Below, piece by piece: positions 29,800-38,265 of a stretch of 61,030 nucleotides of DNA. The position numbers and the translations under genes are program-made. Numbering within the stretch: the first letter of the stretch is position 1; each line of letters starts with the position of its first letter. Origin of the DNA: Bacilli bacterium (GTDB lineage Bacteria; Bacillota_I; Bacilli_A; RFN20; CAG-826); the NCBI GenBank assembly GCA_017479485.1, contig JAFVCC010000037.1, positions 1-61,030 of the forward strand, read 5' to 3'. Below the pieces are notes generated by a model. It was not told the origin of the DNA. It searched no databases and worked only from the letters and a program-made list of their open reading frames with translations.

Positions 29800-31602
29800 A
29801 TGGCTGTCCGTTTAACTGATGAGCAGCGTGCTTTGATCGCCAAAGCCGCACGTCGTGGTAACAACGACGATATTGCGATCTCCGTTCGCAACCTCTCCAT
29901 CTCATTCAAGACCGATAACGGCAAAGTCCAGGCGGTTCGTGGCGTCTCCTTCGATCTCCATCGTGGCGAGACCCTCTGCATCGTCGGCGAGTCCGGCTCG
30001 GGCAAATCCGTCACCTCGAAGGCGATCATGGGCATCCTTTCGCCCAACGCCATCATCGAGGGCGGCGAAATCATCTACGAGGGCGAGGACCTGCTCAAGG
30101 TCTCCGAAGAAGAGTTCCACCGTATCCGTGGTCATAAGATCGGCATGATCTTCCAGGACCCGCTCTCTTCCCTCAACCCCATCGTCAAAATCGGCAAACA
30201 GATCATCGAGACGATGCTCATCAACTCCAACCAGTTGAAGAACCATTTCAATGAGCTCATCGCCGAAGAACTCGTCGCCTATAAAAACCTCGGCGCCATC
30301 CGCGACGCGGAAATCACCGCAGCAAAGAACGAATACAATCGCGTTGCTGGCGAATGCGCCAAGGAAGAAGATGGCATTAAAGACAAGATGGCGGAAGCCC
30401 GCAGTGCCAAAAACGCTGCAGAAGTGGCCTCTTTACGCGAAAAGCTCGCTGCGTTAACCGCGCAGAACAAAGAGAAGAAGGCTGCTGCTAAGGCCAAAAT
30501 GAACGAAGCCATCCTTGCCGCGAAAAATGCTTACAAGGAGCAGGCGCCTGGCTTAAAAGCCGCCCTCGATAAGCGCAAAGCGGAAGCCCGCATCGAGAAC
30601 AAGCAATACGCGGAAGGACTCCGTTCCGAACGCGATGCGAAACTCGTTGATCTGCAAGCCCGTCGCGAGGCGCTTCACATCACCGATGAAGCCAAGGCTC
30701 AAATCGCCAACTATGATGGTCTCATCCGCAAGGAGGAAACCGCCTACCGCTTTAAGTTCGTTCTGAATTTCTTCTTCAATAAGAGGAAGCAAGCTCTCCG
30801 CGCCGCCCATGAGGCGAAGCTCCGCGAGCTCAAGGAAGAACGCGCGAAATATGCGAAGGCGATCGATGCCCTCAACGCGGAAGAAGAAGCAATCATCGAA
30901 GATTACAACTTCCACGTCAAAATCACCAAGGCCATGGCCCGCAAAAAAGCGATTGAAGTCATGCGTGAAGTCGGTATCCCTCAACCAGAAAAACGTTTCT
31001 ATCAATATCCGTTTGAGTTTTCCGGCGGTATGCGTCAGCGTATCGTCATCGCCATCGCCCTTATCGCCGAACCCGACATCTTGATCTGCGACGAGCCGAC
31101 CACCGCGCTTGACGTGACCATCCAAGCCCAAATCTTGGAGCTCATCAACCGCCTCAAAGCCCGTCACAACATGTCGGTCATCTTCATCACCCACGACCTC
31201 GGCGTCGTCGCCAACATGGCGGACCGTGTCGCGGTTATGTATGCGGGCAAAATCTGCGAATACGGTACCGAGAGCGAAATCTTCTTCGATCCGCGTCACC
31301 CGTATACCTGGGCGCTTCTTTCCTCAATCCCCGATATCGATTCGAAGGAACGCCTCGAAGCTATCCCGGGCACCCCGCCAGATATGATCTACCCGCCTGA
31401 AGGCGATGCGTTCGCGTTACGTAATCGTTACGCGCTGGCCGTCGACTTCAAATATCAACCGCCGTTCTTCAAGATTTCGGAAACCCATTATGCCGCCACT
31501 TGGCTGGAATATGATGGCGCGCCCGATATCGAACCGCCGGCGATTGTGAGCACCCGTATTTACAATGCGCTAAAAGAAGAGGAGGACAGAAACGATGCCT
31601 AA
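29800..31602 (+). CDS. oppD: Oligopeptide ABC ATPase with charged helical insertion
   Basis: GESGSGKS, FSGGMRQR, DEPTTALD, HPYTWALL. Confidence 0.9.
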   Translation: MAVRLTDEQRALIAKAARRGNNDDIAISVRNLSISFKTDNGKVQAVRGVSFDLHRGETLCIVGESGSGKSVTSKAIMGILSPNAIIEGGEIIYEGEDLLKVSEEEFHRIRGHKIGMIFQDPLSSLNPIVKIGKQIIETMLINSNQLKNHFNELIAEELVAYKNLGAIRDAEITAAKNEYNRVAGECAKEEDGIKDKMAEARSAKNAAEVASLREKLAALTAQNKEKKAAAKAKMNEAILAAKNAYKEQAPGLKAALDKRKAEARIENKQYAEGLRSERDAKLVDLQARREALHITDEAKAQIANYDGLIRKEETAYRFKFVLNFFFNKRKQALRAAHEAKLRELKEERAKYAKAIDALNAEEEAIIEDYNFHVKITKAMARKKAIEVMREVGIPQPEKRFYQYPFEFSGGMRQRIVIAIALIAEPDILICDEPTTALDVTIQAQILELINRLKARHNMSVIFITHDLGVVANMADRVAVMYAGKICEYGTESEIFFDPRHPYTWALLSSIPDIDSKERLEAIPGTPPDMIYPPEGDAFALRNRYALAVDFKYQPPFFKISETHYAATWLEYDGAPDIEPPAIVSTRIYNALKEEEDRNDA

Positions 31603-33496
31603 GAAAAAAGCAAATCCTGTTGAACAACCGGATACCTTAGACGAAAAAGCCGTGGATGCCGCCCTTGATGCGCAGGAAGAAGACAAAAAGCCTGAGCCTG
31701 CTTTCTTGGGTCAGGATTCTGTCGACGATGCGACCAGCCAAGAGCTCCTCGCCGTCAACGAGCACTCTATCGGCCTTGAGCTTACGGACCAAGACGTCTT
31801 TGAGCACCGTGCCGGCACCAAGGTCATGGAGCAAAAGGACATTGATGAATTAGTCAACGAGACCTCCTTTGCATATCGGTTCAAAACGAACCGTGAGCGT
31901 AATGCTGCCAAGGCTGCTGCGAAAAAAGATCTCGATGCTGCGCAGGCGAAATTCGATGCTACTCCGGAAGGAGCCCAGCGCGAAGAGGCCAAGAAGGAAC
32001 TCGATGAGGCGATTGCGAAATATGTCGCCATCACCGATACTGCCGATGTCTATGCCGCGGAACAAAAGCGGAAAGAGAAGAAAGCGGTTTGGAACGAAGC
32101 CAAAGACGCCCTCCGCAAAGCCAAAGCTTCGAAAGACGAGCGCGCCATTGCCGCCGCCGCAGAGGCCTTTGACAAAGCCGATCTCGAATTTGGCAATGCC
32201 GATAGCGAATATGTTTCGGCCAAGCATGACTATGCGCTTCGCCGTTCGCACCTTAAGCAAAAACCCGAACTTCGCGAGAAGGACATCGTCCTCTCGGTCC
32301 GCCACTTGAAGATGTACTTCAAGCTCGGCTCTTGGCCCGATTATGTCAAGCTCAAAGCCGTCCACGACGTCAACTTCGATGTCTATCGCGGTGAGACCTT
32401 CGGCATCGTCGGTGAATCTGGTTGTGGTAAATCCACGACTGGACGCTCCATCATGCACCTCTATAACATCACTTCGGGCTCGATTTATTATCGTGGCTAC
32501 CGTATTGGTGCTGGTGACCGCTGGAACCGCAAAGAAATCAAATACTCCCGCATCCACGCGAACCAAGCGATCAAGAAGATCCAAGAGGAAGAAGCTGCCG
32601 CTAAGGCGAGCCTTTCCGAGGCAGAAGCCGCGAAGCTTCACGAAGAAAATGAGAAGCGTATCGCGGAAATCCGCGACCGCGACCGTCGTGTCCGTGCGGA
32701 ACAGCGCGCCAAGATCAAGCAGATTCATTACGATGCCAAGCATCCTTCCAAGCGCTTGATGTCGGAAATCCAAATGATCTTCCAAGACCCCGTCGACTCT
32801 TTGGACCCCCGTATGACCGTCGAGGACATCATCCAAGAAGGTCTGCGCATCCAAGGCCATCATAACCGCCGTAGCAACCATGAGAAGACCGTCGAAATCT
32901 TAAAGAAAGTCGGCCTTGTTCCGGAGCACGCCTCGCGTTATCCCCACGAGTTCTCGGGCGGTCAGAGGCAGCGTATCGGCATCGCCCGCGCGCTCATCAT
33001 GAACCCGAAGCTCTTGATCTGCGACGAGCCGATCTCCGCGCTTGACGTCTCCATCCGCGCGCAGGTCATTAACCTGCTCAACGAACTCAAAGAGGAGATG
33101 GGATTAACGATGATCTTCATCGCCCACGACCTCTCCACCGTCAAGTATTTCTGCGACCGTATCGCGGTTATGTATTACGGCAACCTTGTCGAGCTCACCA
33201 CTTCCGAAGAGCTCTTCAAGCACCCCTTACATCCTTATACCAAGTCGTTGCTCTCCGCCATCCCGCAACCGAACCCCTTCTTGGAGAAACGCAGGGTGCG
33301 TATCGTCTACGACCAGTTCAAGGCTCACGACTACTCGAAAGAGAAGCCGAGATTCCAAGAAATCTTGCCGGGTCACTTCATCCTTGCGAATAGCGCAGAG
33401 ATGGAGAAATACCGCCAGGAGATTGCGGATATTGATCGCGGCAACGTTGAGATTAAAAACGGTACCGCCGTCAAAAAGAAAAAGTCTAAGGAATAA
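31595..33496 (+). CDS. oppF: Oligopeptide ABC ATPase with charged N-terminal extension and insertion
   Basis: GESGCGKS, FSGGQRQR, DEPISALD, HPYTKSLL. Confidence 0.9.
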   Translation: MPKKKANPVEQPDTLDEKAVDAALDAQEEDKKPEPAFLGQDSVDDATSQELLAVNEHSIGLELTDQDVFEHRAGTKVMEQKDIDELVNETSFAYRFKTNRERNAAKAAAKKDLDAAQAKFDATPEGAQREEAKKELDEAIAKYVAITDTADVYAAEQKRKEKKAVWNEAKDALRKAKASKDERAIAAAAEAFDKADLEFGNADSEYVSAKHDYALRRSHLKQKPELREKDIVLSVRHLKMYFKLGSWPDYVKLKAVHDVNFDVYRGETFGIVGESGCGKSTTGRSIMHLYNITSGSIYYRGYRIGAGDRWNRKEIKYSRIHANQAIKKIQEEEAAAKASLSEAEAAKLHEENEKRIAEIRDRDRRVRAEQRAKIKQIHYDAKHPSKRLMSEIQMIFQDPVDSLDPRMTVEDIIQEGLRIQGHHNRRSNHEKTVEILKKVGLVPEHASRYPHEFSGGQRQRIGIARALIMNPKLLICDEPISALDVSIRAQVINLLNELKEEMGLTMIFIAHDLSTVKYFCDRIAVMYYGNLVELTTSEELFKHPLHPYTKSLLSAIPQPNPFLEKRRVRIVYDQFKAHDYSKEKPRFQEILPGHFILANSAEMEKYRQEIADIDRGNVEIKNGTAVKKKKSKE

Positions 33497-33504
33497 TCCG
33501 ACTT

Positions 33505-33550
33505 ACCCGGTTATCGTCAGTCCTCTCGGGATGTGACCTAGCCGGGTTTT
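33505..33550 (+). terminator. Long imperfect hairpin plus T tract after oppF
   Basis: ACCCGGTTA...TAGCCGGGT outer stem, inner GTCA/TGAC and TCC/GGA, then TTTT. Confidence 0.5.
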
Positions 33551-33693
33551 CGTTTGGATGCTTTCATGCCAAAATGGCCACCGAAAGATGCCGTCCGCAG
33601 ATTGTGATTAATTGGGCTAAAAATCAAAATAACACCGCTAAATCACGTATGAATTGCGAAACTTGCGGTGTTATTTGTTTAAATAGCGGAATA

Positions 33694-34164
33694 TTAGAAT
33701 AATCTCTGCAAATCCCTCGCGATTTTCTCAAATTGCATGATTTCTTCATCACGAAATGCGTGAATGTAGGGGAGATCGATATCGAGAATGGCATAGGTCG
33801 CGCCGTCGCGAAATAGGGGTATGCAGATCTCACTGGCAGCCTTTGCGTCGCAGCAAATATAGCCCGGGAATTTCATCACGTCTTCCACGGCGATGGTCTT
33901 CTTTTGGGCGTGGCATGCGCCGACGACGCCTTTACCAAAAGCAATCTTTTCGCACGCTGGCGTGCCTTGGAACGGTCCAAGAAGCAACCTGCCGTTCTTC
34001 TCAACGTAAAGCCCGACCCACGAGTCTTTCCCAAGTGACTCATGGAGCAAGGAAAGGGCATTGTATAAATGAGGCGAGCGGAGGTCTGGGCTGTCGTCGA
34101 GCGCGTTGATGGCAACTGAGGCGCTTTCGAGTTCGGGGAGAAGATTGATGTTTTCCATAAGCAA
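33694..34164 (-). CDS. GAF-domain protein, free methionine-R-sulfoxide reductase (MsrC/YebR-like)
   Basis: WVGLY, GPFQGTPAC, GKGVVG, ICCD, SEICIP, LDID. Confidence 0.8.
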   Translation of the reverse strand: MLMENINLLPELESASVAINALDDSPDLRSPHLYNALSLLHESLGKDSWVGLYVEKNGRLLLGPFQGTPACEKIAFGKGVVGACHAQKKTIAVEDVMKFPGYICCDAKAASEICIPLFRDGATYAILDIDLPYIHAFRDEEIMQFEKIARDLQRLF

Positions 34165-34330
34165 ATTGTATTGGGAAAATCGCTTTCTTCAAATTTTTTC
34201 GCCAATTGTGCTTTCCACCGTTATAAGAGATTAGGTGAAATGATTCGGAACGTTCACGAAGTATTTGCCTATGACGAGACCCTCTTATATAATAAGACGC
34301 CCTCTGGAAGGCAAAAGAAAGAGGGCCAAC

Positions 34331-34395
34331 ACTCTTATGACCACATGGTAACCCGCCAAGGTGGCCCATAGACCGAAACTAGGAGGTACAGAATC
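34331..34395 (+). promoter_or_regulatory. Candidate S6:S18 autoregulatory leader
   Basis: Outer stem TCTTATG/CATAGA, inner hairpins, unpaired CCCG, directly before AGGAGG of rpsF. Confidence 0.35.
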
Positions 34396-34683
34396 ATGGG
34401 AAAATACGAAATCATGTACATCCTTGTCCCGACTCTTGAAGAAGAGGCGCGCAAGGCTGAGATCGAGAAGCTCCATGGCATCCTCACTGCGCAGAAATGC
34501 CAGGTCAAGGAAGTCCGCGAATGGGGTCTCCGTGAATTCGCCTACCCGATGAAGAAACTCACCAAAGGCTACTACGTCATCATCAAGGTGTCTGCTGAGC
34601 CCGCGGGTCTTAATGAGTTCTCTCGTTTGGCGAAGCTTGATAACAACGTTGTCCGTTTCCTTGTCACTGTCGATAAAGACTAA
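34396..34683 (+). CDS. rpsF: 30S ribosomal protein S6
   Basis: YEIMYIL, WGLREFAYPMKK, GYY; rpsF-ssb-rpsR order. Confidence 0.96.
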   Translation: MGKYEIMYILVPTLEEEARKAEIEKLHGILTAQKCQVKEVREWGLREFAYPMKKLTKGYYVIIKVSAEPAGLNEFSRLAKLDNNVVRFLVTVDKD

Positions 34684-34701
34684 CTTTGGAGGAAAACAAC
34701 G

Positions 34702-35142
34702 ATGCTTAATGTCATCACCCTCGTCGGTCGCCTGACCCGCGACCCCGAACTTCGTAGGACCAATTCCGGAACCAGCGTGGGAGCCTTCACCATCGCGGTG
34801 GATGACGGAAGAAAAGGCCCGAACGGAGAACGTCAGACCTTGTTTATGGACTGCACCATCTTCGGCAACCAAGCCGACACCCTCACGAAATTCTTCCGCA
34901 AGGGGAATCTCATCGGCGTGTATGGCCGCTTGGTTTCTCGGAAATATACGAACAACCAAGGCGTGAACGTCACCGCTTACTCGGTGAATTGCGACCGCAT
35001 TGAATTCGTGGAATCCGCGGCGAAGATGAACGGCGCGTCTGCCGAAATGCCCATGGACAATGGCTTCTCTCAGGTCAATCCCGTCAGCGAAAAACAGAAC
35101 TTGGACACCATCGACGTCACCGACGATGATCTCCCGTTCTAA
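34702..35142 (+). CDS. ssb: Single-stranded DNA-binding protein
   Basis: LVGRLTRDPELR; C-terminal DDDLPF. Confidence 0.96.
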   Translation: MLNVITLVGRLTRDPELRRTNSGTSVGAFTIAVDDGRKGPNGERQTLFMDCTIFGNQADTLTKFFRKGNLIGVYGRLVSRKYTNNQGVNVTAYSVNCDRIEFVESAAKMNGASAEMPMDNGFSQVNPVSEKQNLDTIDVTDDDLPF

Positions 35143-35165
35143 GCTGACAGAAAGGAACATGTACA

Positions 35166-35390
35166 ATGGCTTTCAAGAAGATGCATTCCCGTCGTAAAGT
35201 TTGCTACTTCACGAAGAACCACATCAAATACATCGATTATAAGGATGTGGAGCTCCTTCAGAGGTTCATCTCTCCCGACGGAAAAATCACCCCGCGTTCC
35301 GCGACCGGCACCAGCGCCAAGTATCAGCGCCAGCTCGCCGTTGCGATCAAAAACGCGCGTTTCATGGGTTTGCTTCCCGAAGTGAAGTAA
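35166..35390 (+). CDS. rpsR: 30S ribosomal protein S18
   Basis: [22 protein letters not shown]; [18 protein letters not shown]. Confidence 0.96.
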   Translation: MAFKKMHSRRKVCYFTKNHIKYIDYKDVELLQRFISPDGKITPRSATGTSAKYQRQLAVAIKNARFMGLLPEVK

Positions 35391-35407
35391 TCTCTCGCTT
35401 GTTGTCG
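35327..35407 (+). repeat. Copy 1 of 81-bp direct repeat (rpsR 3' end plus downstream site)
   Basis: 78/81 identical to 36336..36416. Confidence 0.95.
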
Positions 35408-35662
35408 TCACACAGAATCGATCGTCCCGTTTTGTACAGAATCGATCGTCCTGACGACGAAGCAACACCACATAGAAAATCGACCTGGCTAACCGCTGGG
35501 TCTTTTCTTTTCGCCCGGCCCCGGTCGTCACACGTCGCGCGGCATCGATTCGAGTGAGCGAAACATAGTCGTCGTCGATTCTGGGTCCCACGGGTTGAAT
35601 ATGGGCCTCGTCGGAGAGAACCGATTTCGTTTTTTTTGGAGAATTGTCGTCGTCATGGAACA
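35403..35662. mobile_element. Empty mini-element 1 (260 bp): L1 35403-35463, R1 35605-35662
   Basis: Starts TGTCGTCA, ends ATGGAACA; no ORF; contains terminator hairpin. Confidence 0.7.
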
Positions 35663-35820
35663 ATTTGCGTGTTAGGACGAGAGCAATTCTCCTCGCTGAA
35701 ACCCAGCTGATTACCCCCAATGCACATCGAGCAATTCATAAATAAGACCGAGCGGTATTTGATTGACGTGCCAGCGAGATAATTGTGATAACATTTGATC
35801 GATAAAGGAGAGCTTCGATA

Positions 35821-36117
35821 ATGAGAGAAGAACTATTGAAAGGCTTGACCGAGGAACAAATCGAGAAAATCAAAAACTGCAAAGGTCAAGAAGAGATTTT
35901 GAAGATCGCTAAAGAAGAAGGTGTTGAACTCACCGATGACCAATTAGAGGCTGTTTCTGGCGGATGTGGCTTTGTTCAACCCACCAATTGCCCAGGATGC
36001 CAATCCACCAATTTCATTACAGCGGATATCAATATGGATGGCAGTAGAGTGACATATTATTGCAATAACTGCCATCGCAAATTTGTCTCTGATTCTGACG
36101 GCCCAAGAATGCTTTAA
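35821..36117 (+). CDS. Nif11/NHLP-like leader-peptide precursor with Cys-rich core
   Basis: ELTDDQLEAVSGG double-glycine leader (48 aa); 50-aa core with CPGC and CNNC; RBS AAGGAG. Confidence 0.75.
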   Translation: MREELLKGLTEEQIEKIKNCKGQEEILKIAKEEGVELTDDQLEAVSGGCGFVQPTNCPGCQSTNFITADINMDGSRVTYYCNNCHRKFVSDSDGPRML

Positions 36118-36335
36118 TCAAAAAGCTCTTTATACGAATAATGCTGGCGTTGTTCGCCCGTTTTCGATGTTTCTTTATATTCTAGTATGCTCCATTCGCG
36201 AGGAGATGTAGTGTTAATTGCTTTTCTCTGTTAACGGAAATCGGTTGCGTCAGCTTGGCGCGGATCCTTTGCTGTAGGGATAATGAAAAATATAGAAAAC
36301 CCTGCAAATCCAATACAAAATTGTGTTGGGCGTCG

Positions 36336-36416
36336 GCGCCAACTCGCCGTTGCGATCAAAAATGCGCGTTTCTTGGGTTTGCTTCCCGAAGTGAAGTAAT
36401 CTCTCGCTTGTTGTCG
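36336..36416 (+). repeat. Copy 2 of rpsR 3' end plus downstream TCTCTCGCTTGT site
   Basis: Encodes [20 protein letters not shown]; differences CAG/CAA, AAC/AAT, ATG/TTG. Confidence 0.95.
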
Positions 36417-36747
36417 CAGGACGAACCCGATTCCCCGATTTAGGACAAACCGGATTCACCTCGACGACGAAGCAAAAAGCGAATTAGACCGTCCATCGTT
36501 GGGCGGTTTTTTCATGCTCGTTCGCCCCTCGTCCTGGATCTATTTGAAACCATCGACGTCGAAGCTGCTTTATATACTTGTATATAACTCGTTCTGGCTA
36601 GCCCCGGGCGTCCCACGTCGAGCAATCGTCCTTCTGGCTGGCAAATTGTTAGCCGTCGTCGAAATCGCGTCACATGGCTCGAATATGGGCTTCGTCGGAG
36701 AGAACGAACTTCGTACTTTGCAGGAGAATGGTCGTCGTCATGGGACA
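36412..36747. mobile_element. Empty mini-element 3 (336 bp): L3 36412-36473, R3 36689-36747
   Basis: TGTCGCAGGAC...GTCATGGGACA; internal terminator and palindromes. Confidence 0.75.
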
Positions 36748-36810
36748 TGTGTTGTGTCAGGACAAGAGCAATTCTCTCCAACGAGACGAAGCTGATTCTC
36801 CCCGAAGCAC

Positions 36811-36852
36811 GAAGCAACAAATCAACAGGACCGTCCATCGCTGGGTGGTTTT
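36811..36852 (+). repeat. Terminator-like repeat M2, copy upstream of antiporter
   Basis: GAAGCAACAAATCAACAGGACCGTCC (26 bp) identical to 38222..38247, then hairpin and T tract. Confidence 0.85.
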
Positions 36853-37005
36853 CTTATGTTTCTCCTCTTGCTAGTAGTATAATTGGCTCGGGAATGATGT
36901 CTCCCATCTAGAAATAGAGAACCGCAATGAAGTGCTGATGACGTCTATGACTTGTTTTGTCATAGAAATCAGCGCTTTTGTTTCTATGGCAGATGGGGGG
37001 TATCG

Positions 37006-38196
37006 ATGAATATATTTCTGTCTTTGTTTATTATTTTTGGTGGTGGGATCCTCGGTGGGTTTTTATTTGAGAAGATCAAACTCCCCAAACTGGTGTGGTA
37101 TATCATTCTCGGGATTCTTATTGGACCATCTTTGTTCAATATCGTTGATGAAACGTTGCTGTCGGTTTCGTCTCATCTAAGGCAAATCGCTTTGGTCATC
37201 ATATTGACCAGGTCAGGCCTATCTTTGGACATTAAGAACCTAAAGAAAATAGGGCGACCTGCGATATTGATGTGCTTTTTACCCGCTTGTTTTGAAATTG
37301 CGGGCATCACGATATTTGGCCCAATGCTCCTCGGGATATCCTATTTCGAAGCCTTGCTTCTTGGCTCGGTCTTGGCGGCCGTTTCGCCGGCGGTAGTGGT
37401 TCCGAGAATGATTCGCCTAATGGAAGAAGGATATGGAAAAGAACACTGCGTGCCCGAACTTGTGATGGCGGGGGCATCTTGTGACGACATCTTTGTAATC
37501 GTCCTTTTCTATTCGTTCAAGAATCTGGTCGCAACGTCCACCTTTGACGCTTGGAGCGTCGGGCAAATCCCCATTTCGATCGTCTCCGGTGTCATTTTGG
37601 GCATCGGAGTAGGCTTCTTGATGGTTTTAGCCATTCGATACATGAAACTAAATAGAATCGTCCATGTCATTTTGATGCTCGGTCTCTCCTTCGGGATGCT
37701 CGCCCTCGAGAATGCCTTGAAACCGTATTTCAGCGTTTCGTCTCTATTAGCCATCATCGTCATGGCATTTGTGGTGGGCGTCTTTAAAAAAGAGGAAGCG
37801 AAGGAGATGCAGAAATCCTATAACGGCTTATGGCAAGGTTTTGAAATCCTATTGTTCGCTCTCGTTGGCATTGCGGTCGATGTTCGTTACGCTTTTTCAA
37901 AAGAAGGGGCAATCATCGTTGGGCTGGTTTTCATTGCGTTGGTATTTAGAAGTTTAGGCGTGTTTTGCAGCATAATTGCAACGAAATTCACTTGGAAAGA
38001 AAAACTATATATCGTCATTTCTTATCTCCCTAAGGCGACCGTTCAAGCATCGATTGGGGCGATTGCTTTGTCCGAAGGCCTTGCTTGCGGCACGTTGGTG
38101 CTGACCGCTGCGGTGGTGGCAATATTGATAACCGCTCCATTGGGTGCGATATTGATGGATAACCTGAAAAACAAATTGCTTAAGAGGGAGGCGTAG
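37006..38196 (+). CDS. Cation:proton antiporter (CPA1/NhaP-like)
   Basis: About 12 TM; LGILIGP, ILTRSGL, AAVSPAVVVP, GASCDD, PKATVQA; start set at MNIFLS. Confidence 0.85.
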   Translation: MNIFLSLFIIFGGGILGGFLFEKIKLPKLVWYIILGILIGPSLFNIVDETLLSVSSHLRQIALVIILTRSGLSLDIKNLKKIGRPAILMCFLPACFEIAGITIFGPMLLGISYFEALLLGSVLAAVSPAVVVPRMIRLMEEGYGKEHCVPELVMAGASCDDIFVIVLFYSFKNLVATSTFDAWSVGQIPISIVSGVILGIGVGFLMVLAIRYMKLNRIVHVILMLGLSFGMLALENALKPYFSVSSLLAIIVMAFVVGVFKKEEAKEMQKSYNGLWQGFEILLFALVGIAVDVRYAFSKEGAIIVGLVFIALVFRSLGVFCSIIATKFTWKEKLYIVISYLPKATVQASIGAIALSEGLACGTLVLTAAVVAILITAPLGAILMDNLKNKLLKREA

Positions 38197-38221
38197 TGAA
38201 CTTCGACTCTTTTATAGGCAA

Positions 38222-38265
38222 GAAGCAACAAATCAACAGGACCGTCCGTTTTTGAGCGGTTTTTT
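38222..38265 (+). repeat. Terminator-like repeat M2, copy downstream of antiporter
   Basis: 26-bp identity with 36811..36836. Confidence 0.85.

Noticed and set aside
35821-36117. DGR target or complete RiPP cluster
   Set aside because: No reverse transcriptase, template repeat or modifying enzyme in the window.
35327-36416. Intact prophage/ICE between the rpsR direct repeats
   Set aside because: Only about 1 kb lies between them, with no integrase or replication genes; kept only as an alternative origin.
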